Assembly (NCBI GenBank): GCA_965203515.1
Contig: OZ241907.1
Location: 576,001 to 640,000, forward strand
DNA from: Spirochaetia bacterium
GTDB taxonomy: Bacteria; Spirochaetota; Spirochaetia; SZUA-6; Bin103
Length of the DNA stretch: 64,000 bases
Reading direction: 5' to 3'
How positions within the stretch are numbered: position 1 is the first letter of the stretch; each line of letters opens with the position of its first letter. The notes beneath the pieces are model-generated. The model worked only from the letters and a program-made list of their open reading frames with translations. It searched no databases and had not been told where the DNA came from. Position numbers and translations under genes: made by a program. Below are positions 59,784 to 64,000 of this stretch, one piece after another.

Positions 59784-59978
59784 AGTTCACCTCCAGGCAG
59801 CAGCTGGTCTCACGCCAAGCTGCGCGCCATGGTAGCATGCGCTCCCAAGACCAATCCACGGCTGTAGTAGAAATGTGATTTGTCCGGTATTTCCGTGGAG
59901 ATAACCAACGGCCAATCGGGAGCCCGCCTCGCGGAGGCTCGTTGACAGGGCGGCGGAGATGGTGCACAGAGTTGATCG

Positions 59979-61778
59979 ATGACTCTGTCGATTCGTACCC
60001 TTGCCTCCGTCATTCTCGTGGGGGCCTGCTTTACTGTCCCGGTCGCCGCGCAGCTGCAGGAGCTGCCGCCAAGCGCCGTCTACGGCGACTACGCGGTCGG
60101 CTCCGCGCTGGGATTCGCGGTCGACGACCAGCAACGCTTCGACCCGTGGACCGCCGCCTACGCCAGTCCCCGGTATCGCGAGCTGGTGCGCGCGATCGAA
60201 GCTACCGGACAGCGGCGCACCGTCGTGTTCCACCTGTGGTATCCGGCCGCGGCCGCCGCCTCGGCCGAACGCATCGCCGGGCCGCGCTCGCCGCTGCCGG
60301 CCGCCGGCGGCCGGCGCGCGACCTTTCTCGATTTCTACTTCGGCGACCAGGCGGTTGGCCAGGCGCTGAGCGCCGGCCTGCCGGTGGATCCGAACCTGCT
60401 GCACGTGCCGGGCGGCACCCTGGCCGACGCCGACGGCGCGACTCAGGAGCGGGTGTTCGCCGAGCTGGGCCGGCGCTTCGTCACCGCGCCGCGCGGCGCC
60501 TGGCTCGACGCCGCGCCGGCCGAGGGCCGGTTTCCGCTGATCGTGCTGGCCCACGGCCTCGCCGGCTCCCACTCCATGTGGAGCACCCTGGGCGAGTTCC
60601 TCGCCTCCCACGGCTACGTGGTGGCGGCGCCGACCTTCATCTCCGATGGCGGTCTGCCGCTGGTGTTCCACGACCCCGATTCGCCGTTCGCCGCGGCCAG
60701 GTCGCCGGCGGAGGTGCAGCGCGCCTATCAGACGATCTTCGGCGAGTTCAAGGTCGTGCCCTACTTCTATCGGCTCCTGTTCGGCATGGAAGAAGACCCG
60801 GGCTTCGGCCCGCCGGAGGACTTCGACCCGGCCGCCGCCGGACTGGTGCCGGGCGGGGTGGAACGCGCGACCACCATGATGCAGAACCTGTTCCGCCAGC
60901 GCGTCGCGGACGTGGCGCTGCTGATCCGCACGCTGCGCCTGCTGGGGGCGGAAACCGCGACCTGCCGGACCTCCCTCGCGTCGCTCGGAGCGACGGCCGC
61001 GGCGCGCGAGCTGTGCGGCCTGCTGGCGGGGCGGATCGACGGCGGCAAGGTGGGCGTCGCCGGCCATTCCCTCGGTTCCATGACCGCGCAACTGGCGGCC
61101 AACCACGTGCCCGGCGTCAGCGCCGCGTTCGGGCTCAACAATGCGCCGCCGTTCACCTGGACGCCGGAAGAGATGTTCGGCGCCGGCGAGCGGGACGGTC
61201 TGCCGGTGGGCAGCCGCCAGCCGGTGCTGCAGCTGATCGGCGACGAGGACGCGTTCGTGCAGGGCGTGTTCATCGGCCTGTTTCAGTCCACGGTAGCCGC
61301 CGCCGGCGGCGACCCGGCCGCCGCCTTTCCGCTGGCCGCGGAGCGCGCCGCGCCGGAGCGGATCGACAATCCGCAGCCGGTGGCGCTGAGCGGCTGGCTG
61401 CGCGCCGCCGGCGACCGCGGCCTGGTGATCGTGCGCGACACCAACCACGTCACCCTGGCCGAGGAGTTCGCGCGGCAGTTCCCCTGGCCGGAGTTCCGGC
61501 GCGGCAACCTGCCGTTCGCGATGTCGCCCGAGCGCTCGCGCAAGCCGACCGGCGCCGCCGCGTTCGGACCGCCCGGGGCGCCCGGCGAGAGCTACGCCGA
61601 GCTCGGCTGGGCCGCCGTCGCGACGGGCGAGGAGGTGTACCTGCCGCACGTGATCCGCGACTGGTACGCGCGGGCGTGGTTCGACTGGTACCTCAAGGGC
61701 GACCCGGACGCCCGCCGCCGGCTGCTGGCCGGCGACCCGTTCGGCGCCCTGACCTCGGTGCGCATGGACCTGCGGTAA
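59979..61778 (+). CDS. secreted alpha/beta hydrolase (PAF-acetylhydrolase/dienelactone hydrolase-like)
   Basis: Signal peptide, 'LWYPA', 'FPLIVLAHG', 'LASHGYVV', nucleophile elbow 'AGHSLG'. Confidence 0.82.
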   Translation: MTLSIRTLASVILVGACFTVPVAAQLQELPPSAVYGDYAVGSALGFAVDDQQRFDPWTAAYASPRYRELVRAIEATGQRRTVVFHLWYPAAAAASAERIAGPRSPLPAAGGRRATFLDFYFGDQAVGQALSAGLPVDPNLLHVPGGTLADADGATQERVFAELGRRFVTAPRGAWLDAAPAEGRFPLIVLAHGLAGSHSMWSTLGEFLASHGYVVAAPTFISDGGLPLVFHDPDSPFAAARSPAEVQRAYQTIFGEFKVVPYFYRLLFGMEEDPGFGPPEDFDPAAAGLVPGGVERATTMMQNLFRQRVADVALLIRTLRLLGAETATCRTSLASLGATAAARELCGLLAGRIDGGKVGVAGHSLGSMTAQLAANHVPGVSAAFGLNNAPPFTWTPEEMFGAGERDGLPVGSRQPVLQLIGDEDAFVQGVFIGLFQSTVAAAGGDPAAAFPLAAERAAPERIDNPQPVALSGWLRAAGDRGLVIVRDTNHVTLAEEFARQFPWPEFRRGNLPFAMSPERSRKPTGAAAFGPPGAPGESYAELGWAAVATGEEVYLPHVIRDWYARAWFDWYLKGDPDARRRLLAGDPFGALTSVRMDLR

Positions 61779-61799
61779 ACCCGCGCCCCGATCCGGCAG

Positions 61800-63074
61800 A
61801 TGAGCGCCCCCTACTCCGACCGCGAGTTGGAAGCGATGCTGAGCGACCCGGAGTCGGATCTGGTGGAGCGCAAGGAGTCTCTGCGCGGAGACGGCCCGAC
61901 GCGAGTCCGGGAAGCGGTCTGCGCGTTCGCCAATGACCTCCCGGACCACGGCCGGCCGGGCGTGGTCTTCGTGGGCGCGGACGATGCCGGCAATCCCGTG
62001 GGATTGGAGATTTCCGACCGCCTCCTGCTGCGCCTTGCCGACATCAAGACCGACGGCAACATCGTGCCGCCGCCGTCGCTCACGGTCGCCAAGCGGGTGC
62101 TGGGCGGGAGTGCGGTCGCGGTGGTCACGGTCCTGCCCGCGCACTCCCCTCCGGTGCGCTTTCGCGGGCGCACCTGGATTCGCGTGGGACCGCGGCGCGC
62201 GGTGGCGAGTGCGCAGGACGAACGGATCCTGAACGAGAAGCGCCGGCACCGCGATCCGCACTACGACGTGTCTCCGGTGCGGACGGCGGGGCTTGGCGAG
62301 CTGCGGGTGGGGCGCTTCATGGACGAGTACCTGCCGGCGGCGGTGGATCCCGAGACGCTGGCGGCGAACGACCGCACCGCCGAGGAGCGCCTCGCCGCGG
62401 CCAAGATGATCGCTGCGGTCGATGACCCGGTGCCGACCGTGGCCGGGCTCCTCGTGCTGGGCCGGCGGCCACAGCACTTCCTGCCGGGCGCGTACGTGCA
62501 GTTTCTGCGCGTCGCCGGGCGCGAATGGGGCGACGAGGTGGTGGACGAGGCGCGCTGCGAGGGGTCGGTAGCGGATCTGATGCGGCGGGTGGACGACAAG
62601 CTGATCGCTCACAACCGCACCGCGGTGGATTTCATCTCGGCGCCGACCGAGGTCCGCCGCTCGACCTATCCGCTCGGCGCGCTGCAGCAGCTCGTGCGCA
62701 ACGCCGTGATGCACCGCGCCTACGACGGCACCAACGCGCCGGTGCACGTCTACTGGTTCGACGACCGGATCGAGATCAACAGCCCCGGCGGGCCGTACGG
62801 CGCCCTGACCCCGGAGAACTTCGGCCATCCGGGCGTGATCGACTACCGCAATCCGGCGCTGGCGGAGGCAATGCGAGTGCTCGGCCTGGTGCAGCGCTAC
62901 GGGTTCGGGATTCCGGCGGCGCGCCGCGAGTTGCGCGCCGCCGGCCAGCCCGATCCCGAGTTCCGCGTCGACCCGCACTGGGTCCACTGCACGGTGCGGG
63001 CGCGCGCAAACCCAATAAAAACCCCGGCAGGCGCAACCCCGCAGGAGTCGACCGGCTCGGTCGAGGCTACGTGA
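61800..63074 (+). CDS. AlbA_2/Schlafen DNA-binding domain + HATPase_c_4 protein
   Basis: 'ESDLVERKES', 'CAFAND', 'VFVGADD.G', 'RNAVMHR.Y', 'DRIEINSPGG', 'YRNP', 'VQRYG.G'. Confidence 0.85.
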   Translation: MSAPYSDRELEAMLSDPESDLVERKESLRGDGPTRVREAVCAFANDLPDHGRPGVVFVGADDAGNPVGLEISDRLLLRLADIKTDGNIVPPPSLTVAKRVLGGSAVAVVTVLPAHSPPVRFRGRTWIRVGPRRAVASAQDERILNEKRRHRDPHYDVSPVRTAGLGELRVGRFMDEYLPAAVDPETLAANDRTAEERLAAAKMIAAVDDPVPTVAGLLVLGRRPQHFLPGAYVQFLRVAGREWGDEVVDEARCEGSVADLMRRVDDKLIAHNRTAVDFISAPTEVRRSTYPLGALQQLVRNAVMHRAYDGTNAPVHVYWFDDRIEINSPGGPYGALTPENFGHPGVIDYRNPALAEAMRVLGLVQRYGFGIPAARRELRAAGQPDPEFRVDPHWVHCTVRARANPIKTPAGATPQESTGSVEAT

Positions 63075-64000
63075 CGGTCGGCGCCTCGGCGAGCACGCGC
63101 GCGGCTTCCTGCGCCTGCTCCGATTCGGGGTGCAGGTCGGCGATGCGCTGCAGGTGCAGACGTGCCAGGGAGTCGCCGCCCTGCGCCCGTTCGACCGCCT
63201 CGGCGAAGCCGCGCTCCTGAAAGCTGGTGTCCCGTGCGATCACCTCGAAGTCGTGCTCGCGCCAGTAGTAGCGCAGGTCTTCCGAACCGCTCCAGCCGGC
63301 GTAGACCTGATCCCACGACAGCGGCCGGTGGCTCGTCAGGTGGGGCTGGAGCATGTGCTCGGTCACCGGAGCGCCGAGCCGCTGGTAGCGGTTGTCGAGC
63401 GACACGCGCAGCCGGTCCCGGGTCACGTTCGGCAGCGCGCCGTGCATCGTCAGGCAGTGGAAGAAGAGCACGTCGCCGATCTCGTAGTCGGTGGAGACCC
63501 AGTCGTCCGCGTAATCGGCGGGGTCGACGGTAAGGCTGCCGGCGCCGAGGGAGAAGTGGTGATCGACCACCCGGCCGACGCGGTGCGAGCCCGGCAGGAC
63601 CGCCAGGCCGCCCAGGTCGCGCGGGCAGTCGCCAACCGGGTGCCAGCAGGAATAGACGTCCAGGCTGCTCTGGAAGTGGACGAAGTCCTGATGGATCGGC
63701 GTCGTGTGCTCGGTGAACTGCGGGAACCAGAGCCGCGCGATCTTCTGCGGGAACGCGAACACCGGTCCTCCGATGATCCCGGCCAGCACGTCCAGGTTCT
63801 CCGGCCAGTGCGCGGCGCGGTGGAAGCTCTCCAACCGGTAGACCTGGTGGTAGACCTCGACGTAGGCGGCGTCGCCTTCCGTGCAGCGCGCGCCGGGGAC
63901 GACGATGCCGTCGATCGGGTCGGTGCCGGGCGCCAGCCAGCCGCCGGCAGCGATGACCTGAAGCATCTCGCGGCGCAGCGCCCGCAGCCGGTCCGGGTCG
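63067..64000 (-). CDS. phytanoyl-CoA dioxygenase (PhyH) family protein, 5' end beyond window
   Basis: 'PIHQD', 'GGLAVLPGSH', 'GDVLFFH.LT.H...N....RVSLD.RYQ'. Confidence 0.85.
   Translation of the reverse strand, partial: DPDRLRALRREMLQVIAAGGWLAPGTDPIDGIVVPGARCTEGDAAYVEVYHQVYRLESFHRAAHWPENLDVLAGIIGGPVFAFPQKIARLWFPQFTEHTTPIHQDFVHFQSSLDVYSCWHPVGDCPRDLGGLAVLPGSHRVGRVVDHHFSLGAGSLTVDPADYADDWVSTDYEIGDVLFFHCLTMHGALPNVTRDRLRVSLDNRYQRLGAPVTEHMLQPHLTSHRPLSWDQVYAGWSGSEDLRYYWREHDFEVIARDTSFQERGFAEAVERAQGGDSLARLHLQRIADLHPESEQAQEAARVLAEAPTVT

Larger units (their letters stand above)
54483..59900. repeat. tandem duplication of a ~1.45 kb unit (upstream region + lipoprotein gene + 3' flank)
   Basis: 3' flanks GGCGCGAAGCAACGACCTGC at ~54484 and ~58450. 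Upstream blocks CCATGGTAGCATGCGCTCCC...GTATTTCCGTGGAG at ~58376-58448 and ~59827-59900. Confidence 0.9.

Overview
High-GC bacterial window with three zones. (1) 1-14.3 kb is a catabolic/uptake region: a carbohydrate-type ABC permease pair and solute-binding protein, three paralogous glycosidase-like beta-propeller proteins, a glycoside-hydrolase-like protein, D-cysteine desulfhydrase, a PhyH dioxygenase, an AIM24/TIGR00266 protein and an AAA ATPase. (2) 14.4-47.3 kb is a ~33 kb defence island built on a class 1 DISARM backbone (drmD, drmMI, drmA, drmB, drmC) that is split apart by cargo. The cargo comprises an ISL3-disrupted small membrane protein translationally coupled to a ThsB-like TIR gene, two ABC-ATPase + DUF4276-like pairs, an AbiE toxin-antitoxin pair, a ParA + small-protein pair, several ATPases or remnants, and an unrecognised lower-GC four-gene module (wHTH-like protein, P-loop ATPase, PIN protein, SPPY-type DNA methyltransferase). 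That module sits between a full abiEii and a duplicated abiEii 3' end and is the best candidate for an undescribed system. (3) 47.4-64 kb holds an MFS transporter, an enolase-superfamily enzyme, a ThDP enzyme, leuB, three paralogues of a repeat lipoprotein with hypervariable patches (one tandem copy split by an IS66), an alpha/beta hydrolase, an AlbA/Schlafen-HATPase protein and a partial PhyH. Three apparent frameshifts (~26530, ~35080, ~47020) may be sequencing errors. All family calls come from motif reading, not database searches.
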